Assembly: GCA_041739575.1 (NCBI GenBank)
Contig: JBGSNT010000290.1
Location: 9-64,008, forward strand
Length of the DNA: 64,000 nucleotides
Direction: 5' to 3'
Source of the DNA: Nodosilinea sp.
GTDB taxonomy: Bacteria; Cyanobacteriota; Cyanobacteriia; Phormidesmidales; Phormidesmidaceae
Shown: positions 47,734 to 55,946 of the stretch, in pieces
Numbering within the stretch: the stretch's first letter is position 1
Layout: each line of letters starts with the position of its first letter
The notes under the pieces: generated by a model
Database searches by the model: none
What the model was told of the DNA's origin: nothing
Seen by the model: only the letters and a program-made list of their open reading frames with translations
Made by a program: the position numbers and the translations under genes

Positions 47734-48459
47734 ATGCAATCATCCACTCATTCCGATAATGCCCGACCATTTTTGACCTGGCAACGCATCACCGATTGGG
47801 CCCATGCCCACTATCGAGCCAGAACATTTAATAAAGACGAGCGGATCCCCACCCGCTCAGGATTGCTGTACTTAGTGGAACGTGGTTCGGTCCGTTTGGT
47901 AGGCACAGCCCAGGGGGCTGGCAATGATGAGCCAGACCTCGATCTCGAGACCAGCGATGGTGACAACGGCTCATCCCTGGCTCTAGGCCTTAGCGAGGAA
48001 GCCTTTCTAGGCTTTGTGGGAGCGGGACAGCCCTTTGAAATTGTGGCCCAGTCCCCCTTTATGTTGCAGAGTTTTGCCCACGTCGACCAAACCACTGTGA
48101 TTTGGCTCTACTGGAGCGATCTGGACAACTGGCCCCACTTTCGCCGTGAAGTGCTCGATGCCTTTCGCTACCAGCACCAGCGCAAGCTGCTGTGGCTCAG
48201 CACCCTGGGGCAGCGCCGCACCATCGATCGACTGCTGGGGTTTCTCACCCTGCTGATCGAAGAGTTTGGTGAACCCTACGAATCGGGTTACTACCTCCCC
48301 TGGTCCCTCACCCATGCCCAAATCGGTAGCGCCATTGGTTCCACCCGGGTTACCGTAACTCGTCTAATGGGCAAGTTGCGCCAGCGTAAGCTCATTCAAA
48401 TCTACAAAGACGGACTAATTGCCATTCCCGGTGATTCGGCTATGGCCCAGGAAGCATAG
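47734..48459 (+). CDS. Crp/Fnr-family transcriptional regulator
   Basis: cNMP-binding-like beta-roll carrying an acidic insertion. C-terminal HTH: LTHAQIGSAIGSTRVTVTRLMGKLRQRKLI. Confidence 0.8.
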   Translation: MQSSTHSDNARPFLTWQRITDWAHAHYRARTFNKDERIPTRSGLLYLVERGSVRLVGTAQGAGNDEPDLDLETSDGDNGSSLALGLSEEAFLGFVGAGQPFEIVAQSPFMLQSFAHVDQTTVIWLYWSDLDNWPHFRREVLDAFRYQHQRKLLWLSTLGQRRTIDRLLGFLTLLIEEFGEPYESGYYLPWSLTHAQIGSAIGSTRVTVTRLMGKLRQRKLIQIYKDGLIAIPGDSAMAQEA

Positions 48460-48532
48460 TGGGTTGGGTAATTAGACGGAGACAACGGCCTAGATCGACG
48501 CTTGGCTATCCGGTCAAGCTGGGCAACCCGCT

Positions 48533-49561
48533 CTAGGGACTGAGGTTAAGGGGTTTAGGCGGCGTCACAGCCGACTTGGCACCGTTCTTTTCAGGCACGG
48601 TTTTCTCCGCCGCAACCGGCTTGAAATTGAGGGGTAGGTTAGTAAACTGGGGTAGGATCTCGCTGGTAAAAGCTGCTGCCGCCTTAGATCGATAGCGGTT
48701 GGGGTTAAAGATTACCGAAAGAGTGCGGTTAACCACCACCGAGTCAATTTTGGCCCGGTGCAGCACTCCCATCTGAAGTTCTTTTTCAATCGCCGAGTTT
48801 GACACAAAGGCCACCCCCAGGCCCGACTGTACGGCAGTCTTAATAGCCTCAATGGAGTTGAGTTCCATCTCAATTTTGAGCCGACGGGTTTCAATGCCGC
48901 AGCGGGTGAGCACCTGGTCAATCACCTTGCGAATGGTGGATTGAGAATCTAGCGCAATAAAGTGAAGCTTATAGAGATCTTCTCGCTGGATCACCGCCTG
49001 GCTAGCCAAAGGGTGGAACATCGGCATAATCAGTGCTAGTTCATCCTCTGCGTAGGGCACTCTCTCAAGAGAGTCCTGCAGTTCAGGAGGAATTTCACCC
49101 CCAATAATAGCCAGATCAACCTGTCCATTGGCGACACTCCAAGCGGTGCGGCGAGTAGAGTGCACATGGAGCTGAACTGCTACATCGGCGTACTTCTGCC
49201 GAAACAGGCCAATCATGCGCGGCAGTAGGTAGGTGCCGGTAGTCTGGCTGGCACCAATGATCAAGGTACCCCCCTGGAGGTTTTGCAGGTCTTCAATGGC
49301 GCGACAGGTTTCCTGGCAGAGGCTGAGAATGAGATCACCGTAGCTCAGCAACAAATGACCCGCCTCGGTCAGCTGCGCCCGCCTGCCACCCCGGTCAAAC
49401 AGTGGTACATCCAGCTGGCGTTCCAGATTTTGCACCTGCAAACTAACCGCTGGCTGAGAGACGTAGAGACTATCTGCCGCTCGCTTAAAGCTGCCCTCCG
49501 CCGCAATAGCCTTCAAAATGCGCAGCTGATCGAGGGTAAAAGGAAGGTCGGACATGGGCAT
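48533..49561 (-). CDS. rbcR: LysR-family regulator RbcR (Ycf30 homologue)
   Basis: N-terminus [50 protein letters not shown] is the conserved Ycf30/RbcR HTH. Start trimmed to 49561. Confidence 0.85.
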   Translation of the reverse strand: MPMSDLPFTLDQLRILKAIAAEGSFKRAADSLYVSQPAVSLQVQNLERQLDVPLFDRGGRRAQLTEAGHLLLSYGDLILSLCQETCRAIEDLQNLQGGTLIIGASQTTGTYLLPRMIGLFRQKYADVAVQLHVHSTRRTAWSVANGQVDLAIIGGEIPPELQDSLERVPYAEDELALIMPMFHPLASQAVIQREDLYKLHFIALDSQSTIRKVIDQVLTRCGIETRRLKIEMELNSIEAIKTAVQSGLGVAFVSNSAIEKELQMGVLHRAKIDSVVVNRTLSVIFNPNRYRSKAAAAFTSEILPQFTNLPLNFKPVAAEKTVPEKNGAKSAVTPPKPLNLSP

Positions 49562-49754
49562 TAACCCTAACGTACGGTAAACCTGGGATGCCAATAAACC
49601 ATGATAGTAATACAGGCCACTCCCTGTGGTTCGCGACGGAGATTTCGGGTAAACTACCGACCCTAGCCCCGCCATTGAATGCAACCTGCCATCCCTACAT
49701 TACTTGGTTCGGGACACTGCAGACCAAATTTTTGAACGGAACCCCCCAGGATTT

Positions 49755-50603
49755 ATGAAACGTCAGGTAATTCAGAATGTGCTAGATTTACCCGGAATCA
49801 GTGGAATGGCGCTGATCGACGGGCGCAACCGCCCCTTCTTTTTTGGCCAAGACATCAGCCTTAACTCCCAGCAGCAGGATGCCCTGGCCCAGGGTATTCA
49901 GCAGGTCGTAGAAACGACCCCCGCCCATTTCAAGACCTTGACCTTTCGCTTTACGAGCCAGCTGACTCACATCTACAAGCTCGAGCAGGGGCTCATTTTG
50001 CTGGTGCTAGTGGGCGATCAGCTAGCGCTGACGGAATATCGGATCGCCATCGACCAACTCAAGGCGGCGCTGGTCGAAGCTCCCCAAAATGCGGTGCCCA
50101 CCTTTCGACTGCTGGCGGGCTGTGTCACCCTCAGCAATCAGGCGACCCCCCCTGATGCCCCGCCCCCGCAGAGCCCAACCCCGCCAGGGGACAATGCAGC
50201 CGATCCGCCTGGCCCTGAGACATCGGCAGCAAAACCGGGTACTCTATCTCCAGGCAGTCAGGAGGTGGACTATCAGGACATCCTTGCCGCCATGAATCAT
50301 CTCAGCGATGGGGCCGTTCAGTATCTGGGCAAAACTATTGTCCTCAACACCTGGAAGCAGGCTCGACCGGCCCACCCCTGGCTCGAACAGTTTGAGCTCC
50401 AAAAAGACGGTCACTTTATCGTCAAGCAGAGCGGTCAGCCCCCACTGACGGCGGAGCAGCAGCAGTGGGTCAAGGACTGGGTCACGTCCTTTCTGGGGCG
50501 CGGCGGCAAAACGTTTCGCAACTTTCAAGCCCTAGTTAGCAGCCAGGCCCTCACCCCCGCTGAGCAACAGCTCCTTCTCGAGGCTCCGCCAGGGGAACTC
50601 TAG
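49755..50603 (+). CDS. Hypothetical protein with an N-terminal Roadblock/LC7-like domain, a Pro-rich linker and an uncharacterised C-terminal domain
   Basis: VIQNVLDLPGISGMALIDGRNRPFFFG...LILLVLVGD resembles Roadblock/MglB-type folds. ATG at 49755. Confidence 0.55.
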   Translation: MKRQVIQNVLDLPGISGMALIDGRNRPFFFGQDISLNSQQQDALAQGIQQVVETTPAHFKTLTFRFTSQLTHIYKLEQGLILLVLVGDQLALTEYRIAIDQLKAALVEAPQNAVPTFRLLAGCVTLSNQATPPDAPPPQSPTPPGDNAADPPGPETSAAKPGTLSPGSQEVDYQDILAAMNHLSDGAVQYLGKTIVLNTWKQARPAHPWLEQFELQKDGHFIVKQSGQPPLTAEQQQWVKDWVTSFLGRGGKTFRNFQALVSSQALTPAEQQLLLEAPPGEL

Positions 50604-50628
50604 GTCATAGTCCTGAGCCCCGATAGCG

Positions 50629-50659
50629 TTTGGGTGAGGGGCGTCACCCAAAGATTTTC
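50629..50659 (+). terminator. Intrinsic terminator-like hairpin
   Basis: tttgggtga (50629-50637), 6-nt loop, tcacccaaa (50644-50652), then gattttc. Confidence 0.5.
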
Positions 50660-50732
50660 AATGCATTTGTTCGATGCACTGGCGTCCCCGCTTCCATAGG
50701 CTTCATCCTCTCCCCCTTACCAGCACCCCACC

Positions 50733-51221
50733 ATGGCTAAAACCGTCCGTCTAGAGCCCATTGCCCAAGAGACTTCCGTTGAAACCAATGGCAATTTGCT
50801 GTCGGTATTGTTAAACAAAGACCTCGACGTGCTCAAAGAGTGTGGCGGTCGGGGTATGTGCGCCACTTGCCACATCTACGTACAGTCGGGGATGGAGGCA
50901 TTGACCCCGATCAACCGCCGCGAACAGCGCACCCTGGAGGTGATTACCTCCTGCAAACCCAACTCGCGGCTAGCCTGTCAGGCTCGGGTGGTCGCCAACG
51001 GGGTGGTCGTTGAGCTACCGCCCGGTATGTACGTCAATTCGCTGCAGGATATTGAGGCGCTGATTGGCCGTCGGGCCGACCAGGACTTGCTGCACCCAAT
51101 TACCGGTGAAGTACTGGTGGAGCAGGGCAAGCTCATCACGCGATCGGTCATGGCCCAGCTCGAAAGTACCGCCAGCTTCAAGGTAGGCGAGTTCTTTAGC
51201 CAAAGCAAAGATCTTTTGTAG
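50733..51221 (+). CDS. 2Fe-2S ferredoxin-domain protein with a C-terminal extension
   Basis: CGGRGMCATCHIYV...LACQARV cysteine pattern, 162 aa. Confidence 0.8.
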   Translation: MAKTVRLEPIAQETSVETNGNLLSVLLNKDLDVLKECGGRGMCATCHIYVQSGMEALTPINRREQRTLEVITSCKPNSRLACQARVVANGVVVELPPGMYVNSLQDIEALIGRRADQDLLHPITGEVLVEQGKLITRSVMAQLESTASFKVGEFFSQSKDLL

Positions 51222-51334
51222 ACCGGGATAGGGGCATTCCGGCCGGCGAGGCTACCGAGGGGCAAGGTACCGAACCCCAGAAGACATCTGTTATGGTATT
51301 GCAAAGCCGTAGTTGAGTGTTGTAACAATCCCCT

Positions 51335-52432
51335 ATGGACGCTGCCCCTTCCCTGAGTGCTCGCCATGAGCAGGTGCTTCAGGCCACCATTCGTCACTAC
51401 ATTGCGACGGCTGAGCCCGTTGGGTCGCGAGCCCTAGCCCAGGAATACGATCTAAAGGTGAGCCCAGCCACGGTGCGCAATACTATGGGCCTCCTGGAAA
51501 AGTATGGTCTGCTTTACCAGCCCCATACCTCTGCCGGGCGGGTACCCTCTGATTTTGGCTACCGCACCTACGTCGATCGGCTGATGTCGCCCTCACCCCA
51601 GGTGGGCCGGCGGGTCGATGCGGCCCTGTCCGAGGAGCTGGACTGGATGGGGCGTAGCCTAGAGTCGCTGCTGCGATCGGCCACCCAGATTTTGGCCCAG
51701 ATCAGTGGCTATCTCGCTTTGGTAACGGTGCCCCAATTCAATACAGTGCTGATTCGCCACATTCAGCTGGTGGCGGTAGATGGGGGGCAGGTGCTGATGG
51801 TGGTGCTGCTCGACTCGTTGGCGACCCAGTCGGTGGTAGTCCAATTGCCGGCGGTGCTTGAGGTTAGCGACCAGACGGAGGCCCAGGTCCCAGCTCGCCG
51901 TGATTTAGAGATCTTGTCGAACTTTTTGACCCACCACCTGCGGGGTAGACCCCTAGCGGATGTCACCACCCTCAACTGGGGTGACCTGGATACGGAATTT
52001 CAGCACTACGGGGTAATGCTGTGCCAGGCGCTAGGGGCATTGGCCCAGCGATCGCAGACGGTCGCCACCCCCCAGCTGGTGGTCAGTGGGCTGGCGGAGG
52101 TACTTCGTCAACCCGAGTTTTCTGATGCTCAGCGGATTCAGGCGATTGTGCAGCTGCTCGAAGAGGGCCAGTCCCAGCTCTGGCCACTGTTCTTGACCAC
52201 CCCACCCGTGGCCAGCCAGCCGCTTAACGGCGTCGATGTCAAGGTTTGGATTGGGGCCGAGAACCCTCTGGAGCCCATGCAGGGTTGTGCCCTGGTGGTG
52301 TCTAACTACACCTGCCGCGACACCTCAGTGGGCAGCGTTGGGGTGCTAGGGCCCACCCGCATGGTCTACGAAAATGCTGTGGCGGTAGTCAAGGCGGCCG
52401 CCGACTATCTATCCACTGCCCTCAGCGAGTAA
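51335..52432 (+). CDS. hrcA: Heat-inducible transcription repressor HrcA
   Basis: N-terminal winged helix (RHEQVLQATIRHYIATAEPVGSRALA...SPATVRNTMGLLE), C-terminal GSVGVLGPTRMVYE. Confidence 0.9.
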   Translation: MDAAPSLSARHEQVLQATIRHYIATAEPVGSRALAQEYDLKVSPATVRNTMGLLEKYGLLYQPHTSAGRVPSDFGYRTYVDRLMSPSPQVGRRVDAALSEELDWMGRSLESLLRSATQILAQISGYLALVTVPQFNTVLIRHIQLVAVDGGQVLMVVLLDSLATQSVVVQLPAVLEVSDQTEAQVPARRDLEILSNFLTHHLRGRPLADVTTLNWGDLDTEFQHYGVMLCQALGALAQRSQTVATPQLVVSGLAEVLRQPEFSDAQRIQAIVQLLEEGQSQLWPLFLTTPPVASQPLNGVDVKVWIGAENPLEPMQGCALVVSNYTCRDTSVGSVGVLGPTRMVYENAVAVVKAAADYLSTALSE

Positions 52433-52469
52433 TCTCAGCGAGTAACCTCAGCGAGTAACCTCAGCGAGT
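52421..52469 (+). repeat. 13-bp tandem repeat ctcagcgagtaaY, about 3.8 copies, beginning in the last three hrcA codons and including its stop
   Basis: Copies at 52421-52433, 52434-52446 and 52447-52459, plus a partial copy at 52460-52469. Confidence 0.85.
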
Positions 52470-52508
52470 CGAAGGATTATCCCTGGCCCACCTCTTACCG
52501 GGGGAAAC

Positions 52509-53066
52509 GTGATTATTACCGAATTACTGGCAATTTTGTCGATCGCAGCGGCCACGGGATTGCGGCTCGCCCTGCCTCTACTGCTGATTGGCCTAATGTC
52601 TGGGCCCCATCTGTGGAGTAACGTGCCGCTTCTATCGCAGCTGCCACCGGTGCTGGTGCTGGGGTCGCTGGTGGCCTGGTCGATGGCTGAGTTGATGCTG
52701 TCTAAGGACCGCCATAGCCAACGATTTTTTCAAATTATGGAGCTGGTGCTCAGCCCAGGGGTAGGGGCATTGGCTGGAATTGGGGTGGCTAGAACGCTGG
52801 GGCTTGATAGCTGGCTCAACCTGATTGTTGGGGTCACCAGCGCGCTGCTGGCCCTGGTGATTCAATTCCTTCAGGTGGGCCTATTTTTCCGGCCCCGCCG
52901 CCCGCCGCTGTGGAGTTTTTTTGTGGTGGATGGGCTCTGTATTACCCTGGCTGTATTTGCCTTCGATGCCCCCAACCAGGGGGGGATTATTGCTCTGCTG
53001 TTGCTGTGGCTGGTGATACGCACGTCGTATCTGTGGCGCCACTGGCCCCGGCGATCTAGGTCCTAG
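52509..53066 (+). CDS. DUF4126-like integral membrane protein
   Basis: 185 aa, GTG start, hydrophobic, GLRLALPLLLIG motif. Confidence 0.55.
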   Translation: MIITELLAILSIAAATGLRLALPLLLIGLMSGPHLWSNVPLLSQLPPVLVLGSLVAWSMAELMLSKDRHSQRFFQIMELVLSPGVGALAGIGVARTLGLDSWLNLIVGVTSALLALVIQFLQVGLFFRPRRPPLWSFFVVDGLCITLAVFAFDAPNQGGIIALLLLWLVIRTSYLWRHWPRRSRS

Positions 53067-53183
53067 AAGCCTGGGGAGCAGGCCGAGTGACTATTGCCCA
53101 TCGCTAGGGGGCAGCGGCGACGAGACTCAGGGAAGCTGGAATGGTAGCTCAACCATCGCCTGGCAAGACTAGATCCTGACGGC

Positions 53184-54347
53184 CTAGAGAATACCGACAA
53201 AGTGGAGGGGGCCACGGCCGCTGACTAACTCCAGCAGCAGAGCCAAAAAGCCCACCATCGCCAGGCGGCCATTCCACACCTCGGCCACGGGGGTAAGGCC
53301 CCAGGCGGAGCGTTCCTGGGGGTAAATTTTGACCGTTTTATCGGGCTGCACCACATCAGAAAATAGCTGGCGCGGCGCGGCTAGGGCCTCGGTGACCATG
53401 TCAGCCATATCGGCGATAAAGCGGGGATGGGTATTGAGAGCAGGCACTCGATGAAAGCCGTGGATTCCGGCTTCTTCGGCAATCTCGCGGTACTCGATGT
53501 CGATTTCCTGCAGGGTTTCGATGTGCTCGGAGACAAAGCTGATCGGCACCACTACCAGGTCTTTGACGCCCTGGTTGGCCAGCTGCTCGATCGCATCTTC
53601 GGTGTAGGGTTGAAGCCACTCCACCGGGCCCACTCGACTTTGGTAGGCCAGGGTGTAGGGGTTGGGGCGATTGAGCGAACCCATGATCAGCTCGGTGCAG
53701 TGCTCGATCTCGCGCTGGTAGGGATCGCCCGCCTCCTCGACGTAGCTCACCGGCACCCCGTGGGCGCTAAAGAAAATGTGGGCCTGGTCGGGGTTTTCAA
53801 GCTTGTCCAGCTCCTGGGCAATCAGGTCGGCCATGGCGGCGGTGTAGCCGGGGCGATCGTACCAGGAGGGCACAACGGTGTAGACAATGCGCTGGAGCGA
53901 GGGATCTTCGAGCCAGAGTCGCTCCAGTAGGCGAAAGCTAGAGCCACTGGTGCTAATCGAAAATTGCGGATACAGGGGCAGCACCACCAGACGCTCAATG
54001 CCATCGCGTTTGATCTGGGCGACCGCTTCCTCGGTGAAGGGATACCAGTAGCGCATGCCGATGTAAATGTCGGCCTCGGTACCCTGGTCGGCTAATACCT
54101 GCTTGAGGGCATCAGCCTGCTCCTCAGTAATGCGCCGAAGGGGAGAACCACCGCCAATTTGCTGGTAGTTTTCCTGGGATTGCTTGGCGCGCGAGCTAGA
54201 AATTAACCAGGCTAGAGGCCTTTGCAGCCATGGGAAGGGGAGGCGAATAATTTCTGGATCGGCAAACAGATTAAACAGGAAGGGACGAACATCGTCGGGC
54301 TGTTCAGGCCCCCCTAGATTTAGCAATAAGACCCCAACACGACCCAT
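53184..54347 (-). CDS. hemH: Ferrochelatase with a C-terminal CAB/Hlip helix
   Basis: [11 protein letters not shown], full ferrochelatase core, C-terminal [22 protein letters not shown] chlorophyll-binding motif. Confidence 0.95.
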   Translation of the reverse strand: MGRVGVLLLNLGGPEQPDDVRPFLFNLFADPEIIRLPFPWLQRPLAWLISSSRAKQSQENYQQIGGGSPLRRITEEQADALKQVLADQGTEADIYIGMRYWYPFTEEAVAQIKRDGIERLVVLPLYPQFSISTSGSSFRLLERLWLEDPSLQRIVYTVVPSWYDRPGYTAAMADLIAQELDKLENPDQAHIFFSAHGVPVSYVEEAGDPYQREIEHCTELIMGSLNRPNPYTLAYQSRVGPVEWLQPYTEDAIEQLANQGVKDLVVVPISFVSEHIETLQEIDIEYREIAEEAGIHGFHRVPALNTHPRFIADMADMVTEALAAPRQLFSDVVQPDKTVKIYPQERSAWGLTPVAEVWNGRLAMVGFLALLLELVSGRGPLHFVGIL

Positions 54348-54422
54348 GGCACTGTAGTGGCTCTAAAGTATGTACGTATATATTAAGTATTCTACAAGCT
54401 GGACGAACGGTTTCTGACGCGG

Positions 54423-55598
54423 ATGGCTACCCCTGCAGCTTTAGATAGCGCGATCGCCAAGGTCAATGCTCGCCTCAAGGCTGCTCGTTTGGGACTGCAG
54501 GTGGAGTGCCGGGGCGATCGCCTGAACCTGCGGGGGACCCTCCCACCCCGCCCCGGCAGCACCAAAAACCGCCCCCATCAGCAGCGTATTCCCCTGGGCC
54601 TGCCCGCCACCCCAACCGGGCTGAAGCAAATTGAGCAAGACGCGAAGGTGATTGCTGCCCAGCTGATTGAGCGGCGATTTAGCTGGGCTACCTATCTTCC
54701 CCAGGCGGAACCAGCCCCAGCCGATGAGCTTCCCCTGGTCGAGCGGGTGGCCCAGTTTGAAACCCACCTGATGGCGCAGCACGGACCCGCCCCCGCCGTC
54801 AGGGCCAGTCGCAAATCCACCTGGGACAAAGCCTATGCCCCCTACCTCAAGAAGCTGATGGCCCAGGTCGAACGGCATCCTCAGCAGTCCTTGGCGGCGG
54901 CCATAGTGGCAACCCTGGAGGCTCTGCCTGCCCACACCCGCAGCCGCCAGGTGGGCCATACGGCCCTGAGATCCTTCGCCGAGTTCCAGGGGATAGTGCT
55001 ACCCGAGAGCTTTGGGCGGCTGGGGGGCACCTACGGCAGCAGTAAGACCCAGCAGCGGCGACTGCCTTCTGACGAGGTGATTGTGGAGTGGCACGATCGC
55101 ATTCCCAATCCAGCCTGGCGCTACGTGTATGGGGTGATGGCCACCTACGGCCTGCGCAACCACGAGGTATTTTTCTGCGATTACCAGGGGCTAGAAAGCC
55201 ATGACCCAGAACACCGCATTACCGTGCTCGAAACCACCAAGACCGGTCTCCATGATGTGTGGCCGTTTTATCCGGAATGGGTCGATCGCTTTAACCTCGG
55301 CCAGGTCCATTTGCCGGGGATCAAAACCGATTTAGGGACCACTACCCTGCAGCGCATTGGCCAGCAGGTGGCCATTCAGTTCAAGCGCTACGGGGTGCCC
55401 TTTTCGCCCTACGACCTGCGTCACGCCTGGGCCGTGCGCACCATTCACTTTGGTCTCCCCGACACCGTAGCGGCCCGCATGATGGGGCACTCGGTGGCCA
55501 TTCACACCCGCACCTATCATCGCTGGATTACCCACCGTGACCAGCGCCAGGCGGTGCAGACGGCGCTGCAGCGGGGCAGCTGGCAGGCACCTTTGTAG
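54423..55598 (+). CDS. Tyrosine recombinase / phage-integrase-family protein (orphan)
   Basis: C-terminal catalytic pattern: YGLRNHE (Arg), TKTG (Lys), YDLRHAWAVR (Arg; Tyr sits at the usual first His position), MMGHS, TRTYHRW (Tyr nucleophile). Confidence 0.8.
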   Translation: MATPAALDSAIAKVNARLKAARLGLQVECRGDRLNLRGTLPPRPGSTKNRPHQQRIPLGLPATPTGLKQIEQDAKVIAAQLIERRFSWATYLPQAEPAPADELPLVERVAQFETHLMAQHGPAPAVRASRKSTWDKAYAPYLKKLMAQVERHPQQSLAAAIVATLEALPAHTRSRQVGHTALRSFAEFQGIVLPESFGRLGGTYGSSKTQQRRLPSDEVIVEWHDRIPNPAWRYVYGVMATYGLRNHEVFFCDYQGLESHDPEHRITVLETTKTGLHDVWPFYPEWVDRFNLGQVHLPGIKTDLGTTTLQRIGQQVAIQFKRYGVPFSPYDLRHAWAVRTIHFGLPDTVAARMMGHSVAIHTRTYHRWITHRDQRQAVQTALQRGSWQAPL

Positions 55599-55802
55599 CC
55601 GTTCCCCCAGCTAGTTTGGGTAGAGAAGATGAAGGCTTAGCGATATGCTGAGGAAAGTTCAGGCTATGATCGGCTGCCTTCAGGGCGCTTCACCGTGTGG
55701 AATCCTTAATTATCTAGAGGGTCCATGGGGGAGAGTTGACGGGCCGCAAACAGCCTTGAGGCGATCGCTAGCGAAAGCACAGGAGTTAAGTTCGTCCTCC
55801 GG

Positions 55803-55821
55803 GAATGCATTGAATGCATTC
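55803..55821. promoter_or_regulatory. 19-bp palindrome, also a 9-bp tandem repeat (GAATGCATT-GAATGCATT-C), upstream of the hybrid regulator gene
   Basis: gaatgcattgaatgcattc is self-complementary except for the central base. It lies about 125 nt upstream of the ATG at 55947. Confidence 0.5.
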
Positions 55822-55946
55822 AAACCGCTAGGTCGTAGCAAACTGATAGGAGAAGGCTAGCTAGTTTAGTAATTCTCAGGGCAGGGCCGGATTAGCCCCT
55901 ACCCCCCAGCGGCGACAGCATCTACTGTTATGATTTTGCCACTGCG

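Noticed and set aside
51222-51334. A CIRCE operator (TTAGCACTC-N9-GAGTGCTAA), expected near hrcA.
   Set aside because: Only a lone GAGTGCT lies inside the hrcA 5' coding region. No inverted partner is present, so there is no CIRCE element in this window.
55645-55860. 71-aa ORF in the spacer upstream of the hybrid regulator gene.
   Set aside because: Its third-codon composition is atypical, it has no ribosome-binding site and no recognisable family. The 19-bp palindrome lies inside it, which suggests regulatory DNA rather than coding sequence.
55609-55867. 9-bp direct repeat agctagttt at 55609-55617 and 55859-55867, flanking the spacer after the recombinase gene (possible att-like sites).
   Set aside because: A 9-mer recurring within a ~350-bp spacer has roughly a one-in-four chance by my estimate. 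The repeats are direct, not inverted, and nothing recognisable as cargo lies between them.
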